Source: Auanema rhodensis
Taxonomy: Eukaryota; Animalia; Nematoda
Direction: 5' to 3'
NCBI GenBank assembly: GCA_964057225.1
Contig: OZ059899.1
Location: 16,616,001-16,680,000, forward strand
Length of the DNA: 64,000 bases
Position 1 is the first letter of the stretch. Each line of letters begins with the position of its first letter. Below the pieces are notes generated by a model. The model saw only the letters and a list, made by a program, of their open reading frames with translations, was not told where the DNA came from and did not search any database. Shown piece by piece: positions 23,356 through 36,605 of this stretch. The position numbers and the translations under genes were made by a program.

Positions 23356-26300
23356 GGGAGATACTTACCTACATTCCTCACTACTTGATGATTTGCTTAT
23401 AGTATTACCATTTTCACAATTTTCTCTATCTTCCATTCTTTTTTCGCGTTCTTCGCGACGATGGTCTTCAATCTTCTGTCGTTCTATGAATAATTTCTTG
23501 GAAATCCCATCAAGAACTGACACAGAAAATTCAATATCTTCTGGTGATCCTTCTACAACCGAATAATTAAGAAAATAAAAAAATATACGAAAGAAAATAC
23601 CGGTGAAGAGAATCATCGAAGGTTCATCACGCAAACGACACACAGAAAACTCATCCAGTTCATAAAGAGCTCGTGGGCCCCATGGAAATTGTTTTCCTAA
23701 GGTATCAGAGAGAAGTGTAGACCTTCCATGTCGTGAGATAATATGGTTATTAGCATCAACCAATATTAAGGAGGGGATACCTAAATAAACGATTGAAAAA
23801 ATACAATAAAGAAGCTAGGAACTGACCATTAACATTGAAAAATCTTGTCAAGCCCAATGTTTTGGCTGTGTCATAGGAAAATGCATACCAAGGCATCTGA
23901 AAACTCTCAAAATGAATAAACCAATACACTGGCAAATTTACTTGATTCATAAATTGATTAAAGAAATCTGAAGTTCTATCAGAAGAGCAGAAAATAATTT
24001 CAAAAGATACGTTAGACGACTTCAACGATTCATATATGGGAGCGATTTGTTTCACCCATTGACGACATGGTGGAAACTAAATAGTAAATGTTAAACAAAC
24101 AAATATTTATAAGCGTTCATACCCAATAAGCTCCAAAAAGGAAACCTCGTACAGAAGTTTTAATTTCCGAATAATCTGAACTTTCTAACTTTCCATTGAC
24201 ACACTTCACAACTTGTCCCTTCATAAGGTCTGACATAGAGGGAGGCCACCTGAAAAAAGAGGATAAAGAAGAACATAACAATCAAACAAACCATGGAAAG
24301 TTAGCACCATGAGGGTCATCAACCAAAAGACGTCTACCTTCGGTGGTTATAACAGTATGGGTACTACAGTCAACAACAATAATCGAAGGAGGAAATTCAA
24401 ATCCTAATGCTCTGAGAAGACGACTCTGGAAAACAATCAAAAAATGTTTTGTTTATAAAAATGGTTATAAAAACCTTGCTAGCTGGGGATTGTGGAGCAT
24501 AAATATACCAGCCCGGAAAGGCCATTTTCAAAGGGGCATCATCTGTTCTAAACATAAGTCATGAGACTACTATACAACTTCACTTTTAAACCTGTGATCT
24601 GTGTCCAAATAAACAACAGATACGCAACTTGGTTCATCAGCTGGAATTTCCTTTTTTTTCTTTTTCTTAAGGCTGAAAAGTCGTCGAATTCGTGCAGGGG
24701 AACTGAAAGAAGAAATTTAGTTCAAAGCATCTTCGTTTAAGTATGTCCCTATTAAACAGAAATTTTATTTTCTTATTTTGAAATGTTTCAGCCCAAGAAT
24801 AAGTCAATCCCATCCGAAGCAAAATGGAGAAACTTTCAAGAACAAGACAAAATGTAAGCAATGCAAGTTGCTATCAGCGAGCAACATCGGCCACGTGTCA
24901 TCCGTCATCTGTCGGCGGTCACTTTGTGTTCTTCAGTCAGTATCATTAGAAAGAAGAAGACAACGACCACGATCATAACGACTACAACGACAACCACAAC
25001 GTTGACGATGAGAATGAGAATGAGAAGAGCGTAGAACTAAGCGGGGAGGGTTCAAGTTACAAGAAAAAGCGAGAGGAAAGACTATCAAGCCAAAAAAGAT
25101 GAAGTGCTGTTCCATACAAAGTTAATTCAATTGAAAGTTGAAGGTGTACTATGTCTTTCTTAGTATTTACTAAGATCTCTTACTCGCCTACTACGATTAG
25201 GATAAGTGTAATAAAACCTTAAAAATTCATCGCTCTTTCCAGGCAGCATTATTCAAGTCAAACGTTAAAGACATATAATCATTGTAGGAGCTTAGAAAGC
25301 CATCGCAGCATCTGTCAGATAAATTTGTCTTACAGAGTCGGCGAACTTTCGGAAAATATCTCTTGTCTGCGATAAATGAAGACAAGAAGAAAAATTGCAG
25401 AGGTTGCTGTGTTTTGTGCTCATAAAATAAGTTTTAGATCTCAACTAAAGCACGAATGAAGCTTATAGAACCATCATTTTTAGTGGGCTGCCAGCACATC
25501 TTAGTTTTTATACTAAGAAATGAAAAACGGAAGAGAGACAAGTCTAAGAAATCCAACACATGAAAACAATAACAAGAGCAAATGCCAGATTTTCAAAACG
25601 AAAGGATTAATCTGCCTAATAATGAATATGGTAGTGGTGGTAGAACAGCAATATAAGTATGTGACATTATTATTACATTGAACTTCTTTCTACTTAATTC
25701 AATTTCTGAATTCTCTGAACATCCCATTAACTGCTTCCCTGGGGTTTTCGGAACACGATCGAAAAAGCTTATTGTATTATACCATATAGCCCAGTGATTG
25801 CATGTTTCCTGCTGTGCTTGAAATATGACATACATCTTATGGTTTACCTTCGAAACTGGGCTCTTACTCTCATATACAGCATACTTTCTCCCTCTTCACG
25901 TCTGAACCTCTTAATTCGTCTTCATCCTGTAAACTCCATCCTCACGCGCAAATAGGAGATTAACATAAGATCAGAGGTTCGTCTGAGGAAAGACTTCCCG
26001 CTGTTCTCGGCTACATAGTAATGCAAAGGCACTCATCATTTTGAACTATGAATTAGGGCATCATATTGTGAAGAAAAAAATTCCTTCTCTTCAAAAAAAC
26101 CTTGAAGAATGATAACAGTTACTACGGTCAATTTTGAAAATCCATCCAAAGGCTTAATATTGTCAGCAAAGTATAAAGGTTGAGCATAATCTACTATATG
26201 AGCATAGCCAAGTATTCCGCAAAACATAAAGGAAAAAACTCTTTTGAACCAATGAACATGATTTGTAGAAAGAAAACGATTGGAGTTTTTCTTAGATGAA

Positions 26301-26656
26301 AATGATATACATATACAACAAATGACTAGATTCCTTCGAATAAAAATTTATGAAAAAGGGTAAAAACTAACTTTTGCGTTTTCTCCTTGTCACGTTCATT
26401 GCGCTTCCTAGCCAGAGCATCAAGACGTGCAGCTACATCAGTACCTCGACTGGATGATGCTAACAGAAATACGACATACTGACTGGAATTCATAGCCGAC
26501 TCCAATGTAGACATTTGTCCATTTTGATCTTTAGACTAAACGAAATTTATACAATGAAAATAAAATAAAATAAAAAGAAAGACATACCTGATCATGTGGA
26601 ACTTTCACAAGAGAGATATTCCGAAAACAACTTTCATATAATTCATCGAAAGACAT
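22753..26656 (-). CDS. NXN: Nucleoredoxin-like multi-thioredoxin-domain protein
   Basis: DPHGANFPW, FGAYWFPPCR, FEIIFCSSDR, MPWYAF, FNVNGIPSLILV, FPWGP, and an NXN-type third domain LPLICIVDSLAGQMAICDKPDV; large intron 24714-26370. Confidence 0.85.
23304..23352. repeat. (AG)n microsatellite in an NXN intron
   Basis: Directly visible. Confidence 0.95.
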
Positions 26657-29600
26657 TCCTGAAAAGGAGAGCTTAACAAACAACAATAACAACAACGCTT
26701 AGAAATAGTAATTTCTGAGGTCATTAAGACTACTGTCGATACATATACATACAGACAGATCTATAAGATGGAAATGAGTAAAACATCTGTTAAGGGCATG
26801 GTTTAATCGATTTTTCTTTGACCCCAGTAAGTCTGCAGCCAACTAATTTTCTTGCATTTTTGAATTGATTTACATGCTCAAGATTCTCAAAAAATTTAAA
26901 AAAAGATATAACGTTTACGCGTAACATAAATTAGGAAGAGTTATGAATGCATAATGAAATATATTTGACAGAAAAAATAATATAGTATCGACGATTATTA
27001 TAAATATTGATTAGTGAAGAGAACAATAAGAAAACCACCTAGCATGAGTACAATTAAAGATGAGGTCAGAATAAATGGCCAACGGATCATCTCGTCGGAA
27101 AAGAAAAAAGAGAACTTACAAAGGGGCGTGACTTGCAGCGTAGATTGAGAAGCAGGAGATGAAGTGTTGCAAATCAAGAGAAGAATTGAACGAGAAGGTT
27201 ATACAGACATTGGGAAATAGAGAGAAAGATATATTGAAGAACTATAAGACTAATGAATAAAACAAGGTGTAGAGGTACTTGAGATTACAAGATGACATGA
27301 CACTTTGTAAATAGAGATTTTAAGACACATATATAGTTGTTGTATTACTAAACTTGAAGAAAAATTAGTTTCAGAGTTTAATCGAACTAAATATTTGAAG
27401 AATAAATGAACACTTTGATATTAAACAAGAGAAGAAAATAAAAAAGTGGTGTACGATAGAAGCAGTGAAAGTCGCAAAAGATCACGGTTGGTATAGCACC
27501 AAGGCAAGAACACTCATATAAAGGACTACCTCATGATGCTTCGAACTCGAGTTTTAAGAGTGGCCCATCCACCGCAGATAAAACCCTAATATTTGAAAAT
27601 AAAAACAATCGTACGGTCCAATGACAGTTTATCTATTCAAGACAAGAAAAACACAAGTTCCCAATGTCAAGTAGTGTGAGATAGCTTATATTTGAAAATG
27701 ACATTGGTCAAGTGATAGGATTACAGTACTTAAATCAGATCTGGCAACCAGTCGTCCCAGATGTCATATTACTAATCTGATTACGAAAACAAGCTTGATT
27801 TAATACAAATGTTGCAAAGTTGACAAAAAAACGCAGTTGAAGAGTGAAAATGCCACAAAATTCAAAATAAGTGAAAGGTTGTGGAAATTTGTGATGATAC
27901 TGATGCTTTTTCTTACAGAAATCTGAACTATTGTTCAATCTGTCTGAATCTTATTAGATATTCAAGACAATGTAACAGCACATCAGATTGATTTCTGACA
28001 TTTTCCATGCAGATTGAAGATAGAAATCAGAATTCGATTCTTCATTGTGTTTTCGTAGCTAACGATAGAGTAACGACATTGAAAAAATACGTTTGAAGGT
28101 AATAAAGGCGTGGATTTGAGAGAGAGAGAGGGAGAGATCATAACAGGACGATTTTTGATTAAAGAATGTTTGCATTTTATTGAGTAATTGAAGGAGGCAT
28201 TAAAAATAACAACAAAACAATAATACAAGCAGAATAGAACGTTGTTCTTCCACAAAAGGAATCACATATGTTTGAAATGAAAATTGCTCTCTTGGTCCTG
28301 AGAATAAAATCTTCGATTGAAATTTCCTTTTTCTCATAAAATAAGAAGCTCAATTGCAAACAACAACATTTAAAAATAATATTCATGCAAAATTATAGAA
28401 TGAAATGTAAACTATTCTGTTCATATAAGTGAAGTATGTGAACTCTTATCAGAATAACTTATGTAAGGTTTGCAAGTTAACTTTAGGCTCCATTGATTGA
28501 TACTGACAGATGTTGCCACATTCGAATCATTGGGCGGGACTTCTTAAAATTCAAAAATTTTCATAGCAGCATATTTCGTTTGTTAACTAAACAAAACGCT
28601 ATTCTCTTATCAATGAACTGCATTTGGTTCGATAAGAAATATAGGCTTGAGAAAGGTGCTATTCAAACTTGGAGCATATGGCAAGGTCAAGCTCAAAGCT
28701 TGTTGCAAATTTGAAAGGTTTAAATAAAAATAATTAATATAAAAGCATGGCCACATGTTACGCATGAAAATGCCGTGAAAACGAATAAATAAAAAATAGA
28801 AAAAAATAGAAATACCGATAACAGGATGAAACAACCGCTCATTTTTCCAAAAAAAACTAAAATGACGTATAATTAACATACTAAGCCACGACGAATGCGC
28901 ATAGTTGACGTTTTATATGTTAATTTATACAAATGAAAGATATGATATTCAAATTTCATAAAAGTTTTTATGGCAACATATTTCTTTCTGTACAATTAAC
29001 TAACAGATTTGAATTCAGCAAAGCGAAAAGGAAATTCGATTGGTGCTTTGACACGCTTCTTTCAAATATGGACAAATGGCCAACGCGCATGGTCAGTAAG
29101 TGATCATCATGCAGATATCTAGTGGATCGAAAGAGCATTTCTGCAGTAATGCCTCAAGGGAGAGATGAAGAGCAAGAAAGAGAACAATGGAACATTGAGA
29201 TACAAGAGATCTGAAGCATGGCTCGACTTAAACTTAAACTAAAACAGCAAGATATCCCCCAGATATCACCCTTTCAAGTACAAAGGCAGCATTTCGATCA
29301 AATATGAATGATGGTAAAGCAACATGATTGCTTTGAAGTGTTGCCGAAACAATCACACAACTTTCCAGAGTGGACATCTAGTCGTGACTGAGAAAGTTCA
29401 AATATTCTAGAAAACAGACTAGTATTTTTGCTCAATAGCAGCTGTTAAAGAAATTACTCTGCATTCTGATAAATATATCTTAAATCTTTCTAAGAATAAT
29501 CATAAAAACCTTAAAAATTCGATGCTAAATCACTTAATGCTTACTTTTATTTGAAGATAATGAATAGTAAGAAAGGCAGAACAAGTGACGGCTATAGAAG

Positions 29601-30122
29601 ACATAAATTCGTTGAGAAATCAATTTATTAAGGAAAACATTGTGATTTCATTTAAATTTAATGAATATAAGCGAATTCAATAAGAAATTTAAAATATTCA
29701 TACATTCAGAAATAGAAGAAATAATTTAATGATCTATTACTAAAGAACAAAATAGTAAAATAATGAAAATAATTTGTAGATTCTGAGAAGTACGAGAAAA
29801 AACTTCAAAAGACAAATTAACAAATGGATATTCATCTGAAGCTAATGATCCCAAAATTGCCTTTTTTTTAATTTGGACGAATATGTATATTTCGTTTTTG
29901 GTGAGTTTTTTTTCAAAAACACTCAATATCATTCATAAATGTCGTATTTAAAAATCGGTAAATAGAAGTACTTGAAAGAAAAAAAAAATAAAAGAAACAT
30001 TAATAGTAAAAGAGTGTAGATGTGGGTGGGCATAGCCTATTTTAAACGAAAATCTCCAATATACTATTAGAGTTACATGAAATATGTGTAGAAAAAGAGA
30101 TTCAAGAGAAACAGAGACATTT

Positions 30123-30136
30123 TTTTGGCGGGAAAA
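30123..30136. promoter_or_regulatory. E2F-like site TTTTGGCGGGAAAA at the edge of a GC-richer island (about 30120-30360) with CAGCTG-type E-box
   Basis: Consensus match only. Confidence 0.3.
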
Positions 30137-31139
30137 CACAAGATGGACGAAGGCAAGATGACTGTCATCGTCTTCTTCGCAATCGTGATGTGGCTGATGA
30201 CTTAGCTGTCGTTGTTGTGGACAACGTTGAAGAATGAATGACACTGTGTTCTAATGGCTAGCCATTCGCTACAGCTGGCACTGTTTCAAAGGATTAAATA
30301 AGACCGTCTCCAGACTTTGTCCCCTGTTGTCTGTCTCTTTCTCTGTGTTGGTGGTAATCGACTATTTCATTATTATTTACCGTTGAATATGACCTCCTAT
30401 AGTCATGAGATAGGATGATCAATCAATGATAGGTTTCAAAAAATAAAATTTGTTAAAATGCTGAAATAGAATGAAAACTATGATGAAAACGTATTGAAAT
30501 ATTTTTTAAAGTTTGATAGAAATTCTGGCAATTTCAGAGATTTAACGAACATTAGAATGATATTTTCTAACCAATAAACATATTTTTTTGCCTTTTTCTA
30601 AGAAAGATATGTTGGGTGTTGTTAAATTGAAAAATCTTAATTTAAAATGTTTTCTGTATTTAGAACCATTATAGTCCAAAGATTGAAAATAGAAAATGAA
30701 ATACGGAGCGAAGCAGAAGAACAGAGTTGTTATATCCAAATTAACTGTGAGAATTAAAATTCTATTTATAAATTGGGGAAGCTGTTAAATCTTTTTTCCT
30801 ATTTCTCTCTTAGAACTGGCATAGACAAGGAATTTGAAATTACTTGTTCTATTGATGGCTTACTACATGTTTCATTTCTTCGTAAAATTTCTGAAAATCA
30901 TCTTAACATTTCAATTTCTATCATGTTTTTTATTTTTCGAAAGATATACTTTACCTTATTTTAACTTTTTCATTCATGTTTTCTAAAAAAAGATTAAAAT
31001 AAAATTAATTTTTGATCGATAATAAGTTGTAAAGGAAAAATAATTAGAACATCATTTAAGTTTTATGCTAAATTTTAAGCATTAGTTTCCAAAGTCACTA
31101 TAAGATATTTTAATACAATTAGTGCAAATTTTATTTCCT

Positions 31140-31141
<2 letters not shown>

Positions 31142-31178
<37 letters not shown>
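31142..31178. repeat. (TC)n microsatellite
   Basis: Directly visible. Confidence 0.95.
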
Positions 31179-31184
<6 letters not shown>

Positions 31185-32129
31185 TCCTTTCCTTCCATAG
31201 TCTTTTCCTACTTTTTCTATTTATTTCTGAAACTTTCTATGAACGTGCCTTTCACTATAATTGGAAATCTACAGAATTTTTTCAAATCTTATCAAAGTGA
31301 AAATATCTTTTTCATAGCTCTCTTTTTTCTCCAAAAGAGTGGAGGGCAAAAAACGTAAAAGTAATTTTTTTCGGATAAATGGGAATAAAATGAGAAACAA
31401 AATGAAATTATATTCATTTTAGCTCTGATCTAAATGTAACTGGCATTTAGCCTTATATGTATAAGTTTAAAGAAAAAACTTAGTTATATATATTAATTTC
31501 TAACTATGTATATATATTATATATAAAATAGTATATATTATACAAAGATATATCTGATTAAAGCTAAAGCTTTACATCTTTTTTTATAAATTTTATATTC
31601 TTTCATTGCCCTATTCTTCTTTAAAAATTCTATATTCATATTGACAACAGTCTTTCTAAATACTCTGTTTAGTTCAGTTTTTGATAAATGAATTAGAAAT
31701 TCACATATTCACTTGTGTCTATAATATTTTTTTGAGATCATTTATTCAATGAGCTCTTATTTATGCTTATAAGTTGGTTATAAAATAGATATATTCTTTA
31801 ATTTTGACCTTCATTTCACACATGATAGTATGAAAAGAATGTAAAAATTGAAAATAAAATGAAAGAGAGAGAGAGGGGGAAGTGGAAATGGAAAGATCTG
31901 AAAAAGGACTTCTGAGATATATCTTCGAATATTTTAATAAAATATTCTTTTAACGTAAAATATTCTGCATACGAACGAGATTATTCTAGAACTGAATAAA
32001 TTAATTTACAGAGAATTTACAGAGATTTCTGTTTCACATCAGAATATACAAAATCAAACTTTATATAAAAACAGTTTTTATTTTGTAGTTCTTAACTATA
32101 AAAAGATTGATCAGTTCAAGTTATTTCCC

Positions 32130-32154
32130 CTTTCTCTATCTCTCTCTCTCTCTT

Positions 32155-32204
<50 letters not shown>

Positions 32205-32205
32205 A
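32130..32205. repeat. Imperfect (TC)n microsatellite
   Basis: Directly visible. Confidence 0.95.
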
Positions 32206-32809
32206 CTCTTTCTGCCTTTAAACTCTTCTCTCCTTCCTCTATTAGAACAGTAATTGCAAGAGAAGCGAAAGAGGATTTGAATTTAGAAAAGTTCCTATCC
32301 AAAAGATTTTTAAATTAACGAATTTAGTAAAGAAAATTTGATCTAATTTGTTTTGGAACAGTTTAATTTCAAATTGAAAATAGATCTGAAACAGACAGAT
32401 GAACTTTAAGCTCAATACTGAGTTCACTAAGAAATTAGATATAGAGATTAGTTTTCCTTAAAATGGTTACAATGTGGATTTGTAATGTCTTTTTTTACTT
32501 TTTTTTTGTTTTTTTTTTTGTTTTTTCACTTATTTTGTTTTACAAACAATCAAAGAGCTGTGATGGGGTTTTGTGTGGATTTGTTTAGACACTTCATTAC
32601 TGTACAATAGAGAAGCTTCTTATAGTTTTTCTTTGTTTTTGCTAACTTATTAGGAAAATATACTCAAATTTTCTTTTTTTTTTAAATTTTGAAAGAAACA
32701 AATACAAACATTTATGAAATATCTTGAATGAGTCAGTCCATGATTGGCTAAATTTGAAAAGCAATCCTTCTCGTATATCTAAAAGTATGAGCAGTTTCTG
32801 AAACCTTTG

Positions 32810-32923
<114 letters not shown>

Positions 32924-34159
32924 CTTTCATTTAAGCTATCTCTCTTTCTCTGTCTCTTTATCTTGTACACTCTCTACTTCATTTTTGTGCCTCTCATGCT
33001 GAAATAGAATGGGAGGAGTGAGTTGGTTGGACAGAGAGTTAATTACATTCTCAACACGTGATATCCCTTTCCTGGCTTTGCGTTTGCTCTTTCTTTCTTT
33101 TCTCATCTCTTTTACTCCATTCATTTCAATTACTCTCTAGATATAGCTTTCTCCCTCTCCCCCTATTTCTCTTTCTCACTTTTCCCTATCGCTGTGTGCA
33201 TAGTCCGATTAGCTTTTGCCATTTGAAAAGAATCAGTTATCCTTGGTTTTCTCAATTTTATTTTTTAATTTTCAATATTCTTACTTATCGTTACGATCCT
33301 TATATCCAATTATATTAAATATTATCATCCTTAATAGCTATTCATAATACTTTTGAGTTTTCTTAAATCTTGAATATGGTCTTTCGTTCCTTGTCATCAT
33401 GCTCTTCATCTTCATTTTCTCCTTCCTCTTCATTTTCTGCTCATCAGCTTCAATATCAACGTCATCGGGTTCTTTTCCAGTCGTAAGTATCAAGTTGAAA
33501 ACCTGCCGCAAGTATATCATTCATTGAATCAACATGATTTCTTCATCTTCGTCCGCTTCATTCCATCATCGTACTTGTTGTTCGTTTTCTTCTAAAACAT
33601 TTTCTGACTTTATCTTCTATTCTTGTTCTATCTTTCACGTCTACTATTCACCCGTCCGCCATTTTTCCGCTCCAAGCACAGAGGACAGCATACCAGCAGC
33701 CTCTTTCCTATTCTTTTTTTGTCCTTTTTTGGACATGTGGAGAATGCCAATCTAGAGTTATATGTATCTAGCCTCAATTCCTCAACATTTGATATTCAAC
33801 TTCAATGGCTTGAGATGAAGAAAAATGTATGGTCGTGAAGACGAATTCAGCCTTGTTTGAGCATTCTTCGAGCCTTTTTCATTGTCTTCTTCGCTTTCTT
33901 AAAACTGAAACAAAACATATAGCTCTCTGATAACATATATCAAGTCCGATAAGATATGAAGCATCAACGGCTGAAATTTACTGATTCAACTTCCAGTTTT
34001 CTTACTTCTTGTCATATTATAGAAATCAAAACAAAGTTTCTTTTTTTTGTTTGTATTTTCAGAAATCATCTTGACACGAAATATTGAAAAAAAGCTTTAA
34101 GAAATAATAATTTTAGTTCTTTTCTAATATGAATATATGAAGAAGATATTGTTCACCAG

Positions 34160-34696
34160 GTATCTCTCTTTCTCTCTCTCTCTTTCTATTTCTCTTTGTG
34201 TGCTTCTTTCTTGCACTTCTCCCTATTTTTCATTCAAGCCCTTCCTCCTCCTCTTTTTCTCATTCATTACTTGTCTTTTTTATACATTTACCTTTTTCCA
34301 TTTTCTCTCTCTCTCTCCCTCTCTTTCTCTCTCTACCTCTCTCTCTCTCTATCTCTATCTCTCTCTCTATCTTTTTCTCTTTTGGTTGCAGTATTTTCAA
34401 TTGCTTTGCCAGTTGTACTTACTCTTGAACATATTTCTTTTTTTTCCTTTTTTGCTCTTCTCCGCTTCTCGAAAATACCTTTCTTGTCCTTATTCTTCTT
34501 TCATTCTTGTACTTATGATGATAACTTTCGAAGGAAAAGGAATAACATGCTCAAAAGCTAAAGTTCTCGACATATTATGTTCCAATAAAGTTTTATCGTA
34601 TATCCTCTCCCGAATAATATGGATTTCGTGTAATTTTTTAACCGAATATTTGTTTTCTCTCTTTTGTGTTGTTTCTCTATATCTCTACTTTCTCTC

Positions 34697-34777
<81 letters not shown>

Positions 34778-34980
34778 CTTATCGTTCCCCCTTTCCCATT
34801 CCCTTACTTTCCTTCCTCCTGATTTTTCAAAATCACAAAGTAAAGTAATTATCTCTGTCTGTTTTCCGTCAATTATCAGTCAGACTTATACTCTTAAGTA
34901 TATGAAAGTTATTATTTCTTCTATACCCTTCTCTCTTAACTCTCTCTCTCTCTATCTCATTATCTCTCTCTCTCTCATTT
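34160..34980. repeat. Polypyrimidine / (TC)n-rich tract
   Basis: Several TC runs, purest near 34708-34773; explains the spurious 303-aa ORF. Confidence 0.9.
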
Positions 34981-35368
34981 ATTTTCCTTTCTACCCTTCG
35001 AAATATATATCTTGCCAATTATTTTGTGAGGACGACGTTTGTCCTTAATCATTCGAAAAATTTTCTACTCCTCCTCCTCCTGCTCCTCCTCTTACCCAGC
35101 CTGCCTTCCGACCTCTCATCCTTAAAGCAGTATCGTCCTCTACTTCATCAGAAGATAAAGCGCTATCTGTTTCATTTCTTCTCTCATCGTGTTTGTTTCA
35201 CGTCTTTTTCTCTTTTAATTCATCTGCTTAACTCTTCTAACATCATCGATTTTGTCTTTTTCAACACTGGTGACAATAGCAACAACAACTACAACAGGCA
35301 TAGGCTTGAAAGACTGTGACGTTGGTAGGCAAGATGTAGCAAGACGTAACTTGTCCCTTTATACACTT

Positions 35369-35402
<34 letters not shown>

Positions 35403-36560
35403 AATCTTTCTCTTTCTCTCTCTACTTGATTCTTTATATATCACAATGTCAAAACACTTAAAAATGAGTATATTGATTGATATATACATAGATATACACG
35501 TCAAATTAACTTGAGGGTGAAGTACATGATCTATCAATGTAATATGAAAAAGAAAAGAAATCAAATAAGAAATATTTGAGTTTTCATCTTACTTACTTCT
35601 TCATTCTCTTTGGTTTGAAAATCTAAAATATACGATTGTACCTTCAGATGTTATAGATGAAGATAAGTTGGTCGTTTACAGCCTATGTATGTAGCTGATA
35701 ACAACATCTATGAAAGTCTTCTTTCTCATTAGAGAATTTGAAGTTTCAATAAAGATTTCATATATACAAGTTTTTTCATTCAAATATGGTATTTCATCGT
35801 ATCATTTTCTTTTTTTTCAAAAAAAAAAGTAAAAACTTTGCTAAAACTTGAGTTTGTTGATATTATTTTAATATTTCAATTAAACTTGTATCATCTAACA
35901 TATTTTAGTAAATCAAAGTATTTTATATAGTTCAGCATTTTGATTTAATGCTCTTACAAACTTTTCTTTTAAACTTGATTTTTTGATAAAAAACTTATTC
36001 CAAAACTTTTTTCCTTTGCTTTACTTTCATTTTTTTTAGTTTCAATGTTTCATGTGATCTCTTTCCTCTATTTTATCATGTATAGCTGTCTGTATATGTA
36101 ATGGAAACACTCTCTATCCCCTTCCCGTTTTTGATACTTTTAAAGTTTTTTTTTGAGATGATATTTGAGCTTGTTTCAAATATTTTACTCTTTATTTTGA
36201 TAAATAAAAATATTGATATTTAAAATATTATTTAAATTTTCGAAAATAAATATTTGAAGAAGCGTTTTAGCAACGTCATTCAAACAAGCATCGTTGAAAT
36301 GTTTTTTTTTATTAAAAAAAAGATAAAAATAGTTGGAAAGTCTTCATAACACTACTATTCTTCACTTTCATTTACGCTTCAATTAATAAATATTTAGATA
36401 TTTATGAAATAATTTCAAATTGATTCCACATACATATTATCAATAAGAATATTGAAGCAGAAAAAAATGAATGAACCTCACTTAAATCTCAGAGACATGT
36501 AAATGTATGCAAATATGTATTTTCTCTTGAAAGCCATATTTCATAGATGGTTTCCCTCTA

Positions 36561-36562
<2 letters not shown>

Positions 36563-36602
<40 letters not shown>
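36563..36602. repeat. (TC)n microsatellite
   Basis: Directly visible. Confidence 0.95.

Positions 36603-36605
<3 letters not shown>

Noticed and set aside
33340-33910. Coding-looking purine-rich minus-strand segment
   Set aside because: Only short ORFs and no consistent splice chain.
34137-35048. 303-aa ORF and other SLSL/RERE ORFs in the track
   Set aside because: Artefacts of TC/GA microsatellites that lack stop codons.
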